A stretch of DNA of 32,000 nt from Polaromonas sp. Lineage in GTDB: Bacteria > Pseudomonadota > Gammaproteobacteria > Burkholderiales > Burkholderiaceae_C. The stretch lies in contig JAURWY010000010.1 of assembly GCA_030654695.1 (NCBI GenBank), positions 21,445 to 53,444 on the forward strand, in the 5' to 3' direction. Both the position numbers and the translations under genes were made by a program. Below are positions 1 through 7,560 of this stretch, one piece after another; positions within the stretch are counted from its first letter, which is position 1; every line of letters starts with the position of its first letter. The notes below the pieces were generated by a model. That model searched no databases. It was not told the origin of the DNA and saw nothing but the letters and a program-made list of their open reading frames with translations.

Positions 1-161
1 TGCTCAAAGACGGCGGCATGGTGGTGCGGGCTTCGCGGGTCAATCGACAAGTGGTCGGGTAAAGCTGGGCGTTCGGTGGCTTGGTTCATGGACTTCTTTT
101 CAATGCAGTTTTTCACATCTACGAATCTAACCTGATTTTGCCGGCTTTGGCGCCGAATCTG

Positions 162-1097
162 CTACCCGCATGCGGTGCATGCCTGCATCGCAGTGCTGGT
201 TTGCCGCTGCGTCTCAGCCACGAGGTAATCGAGAAAAACGCGCGTACGTTCGGGTATGTACTTGCGGCTTGGCAAGGCGGCATACAAGGCCAAACGTCCC
301 GTGATCCAAGGCGGCAGCACGCGCACCAGTTCACCGCGTGTCAAATGCGCGGCAACCAGATTCACGGATACCGATGTGATCCCTGCCCCGTCCAGCGTGG
401 CGCGCAGCAGGGTGTCGGTGTGATTAGCCAACAGCACAGGCTGAACGTCGACCTCGACCACTTTGTCGATTTGTTCCGGACGCCACATACGCCATGTGCC
501 CGACCGACCACCCAGCCATTTCAGCCGCAAGCACTCGTGTTGGGCCAACTCTTCGGGGCATCGAGGTTGGCCTCGCCGCTTTAAATAGGCGGGCGACGCC
601 ACCAAGATGGCGTCAGACTCAATGACCTTGCGGGCCACCACATCCCCGTCAAAACTATCGTCCGTCCCGAGCAACGTGATGTCGTAATCCTCAATCGGCG
701 GCTCTTTGGCCGCCTCTACTTCAATCTCAATTTGGATCTTCGGATGCTGCCGCCGAAACTCGGCCAGCAGTGGGGCAAGCACATAGCTGGCCAGTACCGG
801 CGGCGCATGCAGGCGCAGCAAGCCGGCCAGTTCTGTCGTGTGCGAGCTGGCGACCGCATCGGCTTCGTCAATATCTTGCAGGATGTTGCGGACTCGTTGC
901 AGGTACGTTTGCCCGGCGTCTGTCAACGCCAAGCGCCGAGTGGTGCGCTGCAACAGGCGCGTCCCCAGGTGATCCTCTAAGTCGGCTACCAAGCGCGTGA
1001 CCACGGGCGAGGACATGTCCATGGCCCGGGCAGCCGCTGCAAATCCACCTTCATCCACCACGCGTTCAAACACGCGCATTGACAGCAATCGGTCCAT
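162..1097 (-). CDS. LysR-family transcriptional regulator
   Basis: N-terminal winged-HTH typical of LysR (MDRLLSMRVFERVVDEGGFAAAARAMDMSSPVVTRLVADLEDHLGTRLLQRTTRRLALTDAG) followed by a substrate-binding-domain-length C-terminus. Divergent from the next gene. Confidence 0.9.
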   Translation of the reverse strand: MDRLLSMRVFERVVDEGGFAAAARAMDMSSPVVTRLVADLEDHLGTRLLQRTTRRLALTDAGQTYLQRVRNILQDIDEADAVASSHTTELAGLLRLHAPPVLASYVLAPLLAEFRRQHPKIQIEIEVEAAKEPPIEDYDITLLGTDDSFDGDVVARKVIESDAILVASPAYLKRRGQPRCPEELAQHECLRLKWLGGRSGTWRMWRPEQIDKVVEVDVQPVLLANHTDTLLRATLDGAGITSVSVNLVAAHLTRGELVRVLPPWITGRLALYAALPSRKYIPERTRVFLDYLVAETQRQTSTAMQACTACG

Positions 1098-1300
1098 GGG
1101 GGCTCCAGTTCAGTCTTTCAAGCCCTTGATTATTCCATTTATAGAAACGGTAGTTTGTAAATACGGTTATTTATCATTGTCAATAGAAACTATAAAGTTA
1201 CTACATCGACGCAGCGCTTGCCACTGAAGCCTCTCCGAAACAGCTCCCAGCCGAGCCCTTTGACCGGCGGGCTTACTTGTTAACTTTGAAAGAAATCACC
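1098..1300. promoter_or_regulatory. Divergent LysR / DUF4148 intergenic control region with two ATAGAAAC copies
   Basis: AT-rich gap between divergent genes. ATAGAAAC occurs at 1141-1148 and 1183-1190, 42 bp apart. The second copy is part of the short dyad ATAGAAACTAT. Candidate LysR box; inference only. Confidence 0.3.
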
Positions 1301-1795
1301 ATGATGAAACGCTCTTACTTCACCGCCATCGCCCTGACCGCCGCCCTCGCAGGGGGTCAGGTCCTTGCGGCAGAGACCTCCACCGGCTTAACCCGCGACC
1401 AAGTTAAAGCCGAATTGGCCGAAGCAGTTCGCACCGGCAACATGGTGGGCAATGACGAAAGCGGCAAGATGCTCAATGAAATCTACCCCAGCCGCTACCC
1501 AGCCCAACCGGCTTACCAAGGCAAAACACGTGCACAAGTTCGGGCTGAATTGGCAGAAGCCGTGCGCACCGGCAATATCTTGGCGTACGACTCAAGCAGC
1601 AGCGGCAAGATGCTCAACGAGATCTACCCCAGCCGCTACCCAGCCCAACCAGCCTACCAAGGCAAAACACGTGCGAAAGTTCGGGCTGAATTGGCAGAAG
1701 CCGTCCGCACCGGCAACATCCTAGCCAACGACCCAAGCGGCAGCGGCAAGATGCTCAACGAGATCAACCCCGGCCTTTACGATCACGCCAGCTAA
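1301..1795 (+). CDS. Secreted DUF4148-like repeat protein (three TRxQVxAELAEAVRTGN motifs)
   Basis: ATG at 1301 is preferred over the TTG at 1277. Signal peptide MMKRSYFTAIALTAALAGGQVLAAE. The motif TR(D/A)QV(K/R)AELAEAVRTGN repeats three times, as in single-motif DUF4148 proteins of Burkholderiales. Confidence 0.75.
   Translation: MMKRSYFTAIALTAALAGGQVLAAETSTGLTRDQVKAELAEAVRTGNMVGNDESGKMLNEIYPSRYPAQPAYQGKTRAQVRAELAEAVRTGNILAYDSSSSGKMLNEIYPSRYPAQPAYQGKTRAKVRAELAEAVRTGNILANDPSGSGKMLNEINPGLYDHAS
1463..1771 (+). repeat. 141-bp (47-codon) tandem repeat inside the DUF4148-like gene, two full units plus a partial third
   Basis: Units begin with GGCAAGATGCTCAA at 1463, 1604 and 1745. They are nearly identical at DNA level: GKMLNEIYPSRYPAQPAYQGKTRA(Q/K)VRAELAEAVRTGNIL. 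Confidence 0.85.
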
Positions 1796-1898
1796 GTCGT
1801 TGAGTGACTGACCCACTCAGTGGGCATGGCACCCGGCATGACCGATTTAGAGCGGCGGCTGGGTGTTTTGCTGAGTGTCGATGGCATGAATCGAGGGT

Positions 1899-2882
1899 TC
1901 AATCCAATTTAATTTGGGCTGACTTGATCAACTTGGCCCATTCATTCAAGTCTTCACTGATTCGCATCGCAAACTCTTCCGACGAATCCGCCACAGGCTC
2001 CATGGCATCAGCAGCGATACGGGCTTGAAAATCCGGCCGCTTGATGATGGATGCCACATCGTCATGGATCTTTTTCACCACCTCTTTGGGCATGCCGGCA
2101 GGCCCCATGAAGCCGTACCAAGCTTCAATGCGGAATCCGGGTAGCGTCTCGGCGATGGCAGGGACTTGCGGCATGGCCTTGGATCTCTTGGCGCTGGTCA
2201 CCGCCAGCGCTTTGAGTTTGCCGCTTTTAGACAACTGAATTGACGCGGTGATGCCACCAAAAATCAAAGGCACATGTCCCGCCATCACATCATTAACGCC
2301 TTGGCCAAATCCCTTGTAAGGCACATGGGTGATTTTCACATCGGCCATGTGTTTAACCATTTCCATTGCCAAGTGTTGCTGGCCTCCGGCGCCAGATGAA
2401 GCGTAAGTGATTTCGCCGGGTCGCTGTTTGGCTAAGGCAATGAGGCTCTTCAGGTCGTTGGCGGGAAAATTCGGATTCGCCATCAGTACAAAAGGACCGC
2501 TTGCCGCATTGATGATGGGCGTTAAGTCTTTGGCCGCGTTGTACGGAACGTTGCTCAATAAATTAGGCGCAATGGTGATGGAGGCATCTGCTGCAAACAA
2601 CAAGGTGTAACCGTCCGGTGCAGACTTGACCACAAAGTCAGTGCCGATGGTGCCACTGGCACCTGTTTTGTTCTCGACCACCACAGACTGTTTCCAAAGA
2701 TTGGAAAGTTCTTGCGACAAGATACGCCCATAAATATCAGGCGTGCCACCAGGCGGGAACGTCACAATGACTTTGACCGGTTTGTTGGGATAGGCTTGGG
2801 CCCAAGCGGCCATCGGGTTGATGGCAATGAGACACAAACTGACAGGCAAGACACTCAACCATTGGCGCAGAATTTTTGTCAT
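1899..2882 (-). CDS. Bug-family (TctC-like) tripartite tricarboxylate transporter substrate-binding protein
   Basis: Signal peptide followed by the hallmark AYPNKPVKVIVTFPPGGTPDIYGRILSQEL...VVVENKTGASGTIGTDFVVKSAPDGYTLLF. Confidence 0.9.
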   Translation of the reverse strand: MTKILRQWLSVLPVSLCLIAINPMAAWAQAYPNKPVKVIVTFPPGGTPDIYGRILSQELSNLWKQSVVVENKTGASGTIGTDFVVKSAPDGYTLLFAADASITIAPNLLSNVPYNAAKDLTPIINAASGPFVLMANPNFPANDLKSLIALAKQRPGEITYASSGAGGQQHLAMEMVKHMADVKITHVPYKGFGQGVNDVMAGHVPLIFGGITASIQLSKSGKLKALAVTSAKRSKAMPQVPAIAETLPGFRIEAWYGFMGPAGMPKEVVKKIHDDVASIIKRPDFQARIAADAMEPVADSSEEFAMRISEDLNEWAKLIKSAQIKLD

Positions 2883-2974
2883 GATTTTTTAATTCAACGT
2901 TAAAAAATGGTGATTCTAGCTTTAGTGTCGCCCAGTGAAACATGCTGCCGTACAGCGACATTCTTTCGAGAAGT

Positions 2975-3029
2975 TGTTATAGAAAATTCACTCCACAGTG
3001 ACGGAATGGTTCAGCTAGTGAGTGATTTT
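2975..3029. other. Left island junction (attL-like): native glmS-tail remnant + GT crossover + 30-nt island arm P'
   Basis: Sequence agaaaattcactccaca-GT-gacggaatggttcagctagtgagtgatttt. The minus strand of 2988-3005 reads tcc gtc act gtg gag tga (S V T V E stop), an orphan copy of the glmS C-terminus. 3009-3029 is the reverse complement (20/21) of 11359-11379. Confidence 0.75.
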
Positions 3030-3044
3030 CGGACGAACTTAATG

Positions 3045-4853
3045 CTACCCGCGACCGTCTTTTTTTTTGGAGACCAGCGTGATCATGTCCGCTCCAGGAA
3101 CCACGTCATATTCCCGTCCCTCTAGCCCAGAGCGATTTTTCTTGATCCCATCATTGACGATGGGCAGGTGCATATGCAGCGTCATTTGGTGCTCGCGTTT
3201 TTCGTTGTCGTAGAGCACATCAATCCGCTTGACCAAGCCACCGAGGTACTCCTTCTTCTGCACATCAGTCAAAGCGTCCAACTTCTCTACTTCGTCGCCA
3301 AACGCTTTCAACCAGTTGACCCACTTCCGAGATTCAGCCGTCCCCCCAAGCTCTAGCCTTACGCTGGCAAGCTCAGTTTCGGTTTTCCCAACCTCTTCCC
3401 GAATTCGTTTCAGGGTTGTTTCGTAGCTGACATCGTTAATCTTGCCGATCAACTTATTTGCCTCAAGATTACCAAGCGTATCGCTCATTGAGGCGTAGTG
3501 CTTCTGCAATCTGCGAATCTTGGCTTGAATCGCCCTGATCTCCACATCAGTGCGAATCATGATGCCACTCTCTTTGAGTAATCGATGTTTGACTTCTTCT
3601 TTCAGGGTGCTGGACTTAGAATGAAGTGACGTAACCAAATCCCAGACCAGCTTGTCTGTCTGATGGATATTCATAGCACGAGCGAAACCACAACTAAGAC
3701 CACGCTGCCATGGCGTGTCTGACCCGCCATTAACCACCCAAGCTCGCTCTTTGTTGGGGCAGTAGTAAGAAGACTCTGCACGTGCCTTGATGATGCGACC
3801 GCTAATAGGACGCCCACAATGACCGCAGTGCATGAAGTCACGCAACATGTAGAAGTTCTTTTCCGTGGCGTTCTTCTGTGATTGTCTGAGTACCTCGCTG
3901 GAGCGCTTGTGCTGAGCAGCATTCCAGATCGTTTGATCAACGATGCTTGGGCATTGAACTTCAATTTTTTGATTAGATTTGCTGTCCGTGTAGATGTAGT
4001 GCCCTGAATAATGAGTGTTCTTTAACAGCGCATTGATAGAGCCAATAGTCCACAAACCTTTCTTTCGGCGAGGGCTGACGCCATTGGAATCAAGCATTCC
4101 CTTAATGTGAGTCGCGGCACTACCTTTCACGACCTCATGGAAAATTCTTTTGACCCATATGGACTCATCTTCAACTACGACCAGCTTTTTATCAACCAGC
4201 TTGTAGCCGTAAGGTGGGGGACCACCATGCCAGCTACCAGAACGTACACGACTAAGTTTCCCAAGACGTGTACGCTCCGCGCGTGTGACATTGTCAAATT
4301 CGGCGACTGCATCCAGAAGCTGTTTCAGAAATTTGTCTTGCGGGGATGACAGATCAAACTGACCATCCTTGGTGTAAAGCGTGACGCCTTGCTTGTTGCA
4401 TTCATATCGGAAGACCGATGCAACATTGTCATTGCGTGACAAGCGCGATTGGTCATATACCCACAGATGCTTGACCAATCCCGCCTTCATCGCTACATAG
4501 AGAGAATTCAATTCAGGACGGTCAGCAATGTTTTCATGGTGTGAGCTACGTCCACCTTCGTTCCAGACCTTGAATTCAAAACCAAGATCATTAGCTTTCT
4601 TGACTCCTAGCTCACGCTGGGACTCAAGCGAAGTACCCTGCTCAGCCTGTGCGACTGTAGATACGCGGGTGTAGATGTGCAGTGTTAGGTCTGCCGATGT
4701 AACGCCAGTCACGGGAAGTCTCTCAAAATCTTGATCCTGCCTAAAAATTGAGCATATTCCCTTTGCGCTTGAATTCCTATGCGTAAAGGGAAAATCAGCA
4801 AAATATGTTGGGGTTGTCCTTCGACAGCCCATTGATGTCCTTTTAAAGGACAT
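3045..4853 (-). CDS. Large serine recombinase (resolvase catalytic domain + recombinase domain + zinc ribbon + coiled coil)
   Basis: Catalytic motif HIYTRVSTVAQAEQGTSLESQ...LWVYDQSRLSRND. Recombinase domain (GGPPPYGYKL...IFHEVV...). Zinc ribbon CGHCGRPISG...YYCPNK...LSCGF. Long C-terminal coiled coil. The true start is probably the GTG at 4712 (GAGAGA 6 nt upstream, giving MTGVTSADLTLHIYTRVST). The ATG at 4853 lies inside a palindrome cluster. Confidence 0.92.
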   Translation of the reverse strand: MSFKRTSMGCRRTTPTYFADFPFTHRNSSAKGICSIFRQDQDFERLPVTGVTSADLTLHIYTRVSTVAQAEQGTSLESQRELGVKKANDLGFEFKVWNEGGRSSHHENIADRPELNSLYVAMKAGLVKHLWVYDQSRLSRNDNVASVFRYECNKQGVTLYTKDGQFDLSSPQDKFLKQLLDAVAEFDNVTRAERTRLGKLSRVRSGSWHGGPPPYGYKLVDKKLVVVEDESIWVKRIFHEVVKGSAATHIKGMLDSNGVSPRRKKGLWTIGSINALLKNTHYSGHYIYTDSKSNQKIEVQCPSIVDQTIWNAAQHKRSSEVLRQSQKNATEKNFYMLRDFMHCGHCGRPISGRIIKARAESSYYCPNKERAWVVNGGSDTPWQRGLSCGFARAMNIHQTDKLVWDLVTSLHSKSSTLKEEVKHRLLKESGIMIRTDVEIRAIQAKIRRLQKHYASMSDTLGNLEANKLIGKINDVSYETTLKRIREEVGKTETELASVRLELGGTAESRKWVNWLKAFGDEVEKLDALTDVQKKEYLGGLVKRIDVLYDNEKREHQMTLHMHLPIVNDGIKKNRSGLEGREYDVVPGADMITLVSKKKDGRG

Positions 4854-4854
4854 C
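4757..4854. promoter_or_regulatory. Cluster of three dyad symmetries in the leader of the LSR gene
   Basis: TTCCCTTTGCGC (4757-4768) pairs with GCGTAAAGGGAA (4781-4792), 12-bp arms with 1 mismatch. GGGTTGTC-CTTC-GACAGCCC at 4811-4830. A perfect 21-nt palindrome GATGTCCTTT-T-AAAGGACATC at 4834-4854. Confidence 0.55.
4834..4854. repeat. Island palindrome copy 1 (GATGTCCTTT-T-AAAGGACATC)
   Basis: Perfect 10-nt arms around T4844. Located between the stop of the 327-aa ORF (4857) and the LSR gene. Confidence 0.9.
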
Positions 4855-4856
4855 TT

Positions 4857-5840
4857 TTAATGACTTGATACCTTGGTTCGGAGTCTATTCGCCGCTGGCG
4901 ACAACTTATTGGACTTATTTGCTTTGGACAGCTCCATCAATCTTGCTTTTTCAACCTTAATCCACTTTGTATGTTCTAGAAGTCGTTGAGCAATCTGAGG
5001 ATATTCAAACTCCGTCAATTCAACTGATTGATCAGACGGGAAATAGCCTCTAGCTGCGTTTTCAGCTAATGCTTCAAACTTCTTCAATGCCCTGAAAGTG
5101 ATCTTACTCATGATGATGCGGTCATCTTGCTCAATAGCATCCTTGCTTTTGCGTGGTCCATTCGGATCAAGCACGCCAGAGTAGCTTTTGCTCAAATTAC
5201 CTTTGGCTCCAAGTCGCCACAACTCCCAATTTGGCTTCGCTGACTTCAACCACAACAACCTCAAGCCAGTGAAGATCGCATTGGCATGCAATCGCTTACC
5301 CATCAACTTGACCTTAGCTTGCGTGTCCAAAATTTCTGGCGCTTTTAAATCATCAAGTAATTTTTTGATTTGCTTCAGGACATCAGACTGCTTCTGATTC
5401 AATGGTAAGGCTACCAAGACTGATGCATTCAAGCCCTCTTCATCCCGTCCATTTTTCAAATAAAAGTCCAAGTCGGCGTTGAGTTGATCAGCTGAAACCC
5501 CCACGCCAGCAGCAAGTACCGCAACTTGATGAACGGCGGGCTTTTTGAACGGATTGCCGAATGCCTGCAATCCATGCTGGAGCCACCAAGTTCTGAACAA
5601 GACTTTGTTCACATCACCAAACAAGTCGTACATCTCAAGCACACGCTCGAAGTCCGAAGGCAGACGCGCTTTGTCGGTATTGTTCAGCCCTTTAGTCTTG
5701 GCTTTTCTTGCCAATTCATACGTAGGACTCACCCTTAAAAACTCAAACATTAGCTGGTAGCCCGCCGTTGGTTGCGCATGCCAATTGGGTTGCGAGAAAT
5801 CGCCGCCCCTCAAAGTCCAAAGCATCAGTGTTTTAGGCAT
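4857..5840 (-). CDS. Hypothetical protein, 327 aa, immediately upstream of and co-oriented with the LSR
   Basis: Long ORF with island-like composition. Its stop is 3 nt from the annotated LSR ORF. The N-terminal segment NWHAQPTAGYQLMFEFLRVSPTYELARKA is faintly reminiscent of the WEFLRRNPxY motif of regulator-like domains on mobile elements. This is unverified. Confidence 0.7.
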   Translation of the reverse strand: MPKTLMLWTLRGGDFSQPNWHAQPTAGYQLMFEFLRVSPTYELARKAKTKGLNNTDKARLPSDFERVLEMYDLFGDVNKVLFRTWWLQHGLQAFGNPFKKPAVHQVAVLAAGVGVSADQLNADLDFYLKNGRDEEGLNASVLVALPLNQKQSDVLKQIKKLLDDLKAPEILDTQAKVKLMGKRLHANAIFTGLRLLWLKSAKPNWELWRLGAKGNLSKSYSGVLDPNGPRKSKDAIEQDDRIIMSKITFRALKKFEALAENAARGYFPSDQSVELTEFEYPQIAQRLLEHTKWIKVEKARLMELSKANKSNKLSPAANRLRTKVSSH

Positions 5841-5978
5841 ATAAATGTCAACAAATAATTTGCATAATTAGCAGTATACAAAATTAAATGACGAAATACA
5901 TACAATAGAAGCATGAACAAAACAAAAGACATTCAGTCCTTGTTTGATGTTCATAAAGCTCTTTCCAAAGGAATAAAA

Positions 5979-6785
5979 ATGAGCCAATCTATCGCCTCCA
6001 TCCCTACGTCTACAACTTCTACTGCTGCTGAAAATGCTGTTTCGGCATCCGCCACACTCAACATCCGTCAACGGATTGAAGCCTTGGCTGACAAGCGTGA
6101 AGTATGGGAATCGACTCTGTACTCACGCTCGAATACTGCGCTGTACTCGATCTTTGCTGAATGCTTGGCTTTGTATCGTGATCTGACAGAAGGTGACGGC
6201 GTCAAAGCCAAGAAAAGTGGCTTCACCGATTACATCAATCTCAAGGGCTATACGTTCAAAGAATCATCTCCTCTGAGTTTGAAAGTGATTCGTTGCGTTT
6301 TCGGTGATAAAGACCGTCGCCGTCTGTCCACTTATCACTCGGTCTTACTTGTCGCTATCGCCGACAAATGGGACGAGATGGAAGTTGCGCAGAAGATCGC
6401 TGATCGCGGTGGCGTACAGGAAATTTCCTTGACCAAGCCTGGCGGAATGACTGCAAAAGACAAAGCAAACGCCGCCCGCAACGCTTTGATGAATCAGTCC
6501 ATCGCATCACTGACCAGCGACGCTATTTCCAAGCAGTTCAACACGGAGAACATTGGAGATAACGCTGTTGCTGTTTTGACGCTCAATAGTGATGGCACGT
6601 ACAGCGTTCATTGTGTTGTTCGCAGCACAACCGCTGTCAATGCGGCTCTCACAAGTTATTTTTCCGCAAACAAAGAAGCACTGAAAGGACTTCAAGAGAA
6701 CAAGCAAATGCAAGACGATGAAGCTCAAAAAGCCTTGCTCATTTCTAACGCAGCCAACGATTCTCAAAATCAGGCTGCAGCTTGA
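5979..6785 (+). CDS. Hypothetical protein (268 aa from ATG 5979; alternative ATG at 5913)
   Basis: AAGGA lies 8-12 nt upstream of 5979. Ser/Thr/Ala-rich N-terminus, then a globular region (REVWESTLYSRSNTALYSIFAECLALYRDL...). Divergent from the 327-aa gene and followed by the ATPase gene. Confidence 0.7.
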   Translation: MSQSIASIPTSTTSTAAENAVSASATLNIRQRIEALADKREVWESTLYSRSNTALYSIFAECLALYRDLTEGDGVKAKKSGFTDYINLKGYTFKESSPLSLKVIRCVFGDKDRRRLSTYHSVLLVAIADKWDEMEVAQKIADRGGVQEISLTKPGGMTAKDKANAARNALMNQSIASLTSDAISKQFNTENIGDNAVAVLTLNSDGTYSVHCVVRSTTAVNAALTSYFSANKEALKGLQENKQMQDDEAQKALLISNAANDSQNQAAA

Positions 6786-6791
6786 ACCCAA

Positions 6792-6818
6792 TGAGTGCGG
6801 GATTTATCCCCGCACTCA
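6792..6818 (+). other. Perfect 10-bp hairpin between the 268-aa gene and the ATPase gene
   Basis: TGAGTGCGGG (6792-6801), 7-nt loop, CCCGCACTCA (6809-6818). No downstream T-tract, so it is not a canonical terminator. Confidence 0.6.
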
Positions 6819-6840
6819 ATCACACCAGATTGGAATAGAA

Positions 6841-7494
6841 ATGTTGAATGACAAAGATTTTTTGCCCACGACTCTGACCGAGTGCGTGATTTCTGATGTC
6901 CTTTCAAAGGACATGCTCACAAAGATCGTCACCAAGGTGATTCCGTTTCCTGCCTTTGGCAAGTGCGGCATCATCCTGCACGGTCCTTACGGGACCGGTA
7001 AAACTACTCTCGCAAAACTGCTCCCTAAATTGATTGAGAAGGAGTACGGGAGTGAAGACGCCTATTTAAATTTGCACCAATGTGCGCAGGGCTTGAACGG
7101 TTCATCATTGATGAATCGGATTCAGATTGCGACTCAGTTTGTTAGCCTGAATAAAAGTGGCTTGCACTTCACCATCTTGGATGAAGTAGACAACCTGACC
7201 GAAGCCGCTCAAGCATCGCTCAAGGCAATCATGACGGGACTGCATGGCATCTTCATCATGACGACTAACAACATTACTGCGTTGGACAGAGGCGTGGTGA
7301 ACCGCAGCCATGTTGTAAACATGATGGTGGCAAACCCCCAAGACTGGTTGCCACTCGTTAAACGAATCATTGATGGCTACGGTGCCAACTTACCACCAGA
7401 TTCTTCATTGATCCCCGTTATTGCGGCATGTAACGGCTCTGCCCGTGACATTAGTAGTGCCGCTGTTCAGGTCGCCATCCAATCCATCAAATAG
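6841..7494 (+). CDS. Clamp-loader (RFC small subunit / T4 gp44)-like AAA+ ATPase, truncated (217 aa, no collar domain)
   Basis: ATG at 6841 preceded by GGAA. Walker A GPYGTGKTT. Walker B with clamp-loader signature TILDEVDNLTEAAQASLKAIMT. FIMTTNNITALDRGVVNRSHVV parallels the xTxNxxxxIxxxLxSRC block of RFC/gp44. The short lid domain ends with a GSARDISSAAVQ-type segment. Confidence 0.85.
   Translation: MLNDKDFLPTTLTECVISDVLSKDMLTKIVTKVIPFPAFGKCGIILHGPYGTGKTTLAKLLPKLIEKEYGSEDAYLNLHQCAQGLNGSSLMNRIQIATQFVSLNKSGLHFTILDEVDNLTEAAQASLKAIMTGLHGIFIMTTNNITALDRGVVNRSHVVNMMVANPQDWLPLVKRIIDGYGANLPPDSSLIPVIAACNGSARDISSAAVQVAIQSIK
6896..6914. repeat. Island palindrome copy 2 (ATGTCCTTT-C-AAAGGACAT) inside codons ~19-25 of the ATPase gene
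   Basis: Perfect 9-nt arms around C6905. Confidence 0.9.
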
Positions 7495-7514
7495 AGCAAT
7501 GAACTCAAACCACC

Positions 7515-7541
7515 AAGCCAGCCAAAGTGCTGGCTTTTTTG
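7515..7541 (+). terminator. Rho-independent terminator after the ATPase gene
   Basis: AAGCCAGC (7515-7522), loop CAAAGT, GCTGGCTT (7529-7536), running into TTTTTTGTTG. Confidence 0.8.
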
Positions 7542-7542
7542 T

Positions 7543-7559
7543 TGTCCTTTGAAAGGACA
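7543..7559. repeat. Island palindrome copy 3 (TGTCCTTT-G-AAAGGACA)
   Basis: Perfect 8-nt arms around G7551. Lies between the terminator and the stop codon of the tyrosine recombinase gene (7561). Confidence 0.9.
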
Positions 7560-7560
7560 T

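Noticed and set aside
81-584. 167-aa + strand ORF at the window start, and a possible C-terminal gene fragment at 1..61 (..LKDGGMVVRASRVNRQVVG*)
   Set aside because: 81..584 is antisense to the LysR gene. The 1..61 fragment is too short to recognise or support.
2884-2908. TTTTTTAA...TTAAAAAA inverted repeat upstream of the Bug-family gene
   Set aside because: It is a pure A/T low-complexity dyad in a promoter-proximal region, with no partner elsewhere and no functional inference possible.
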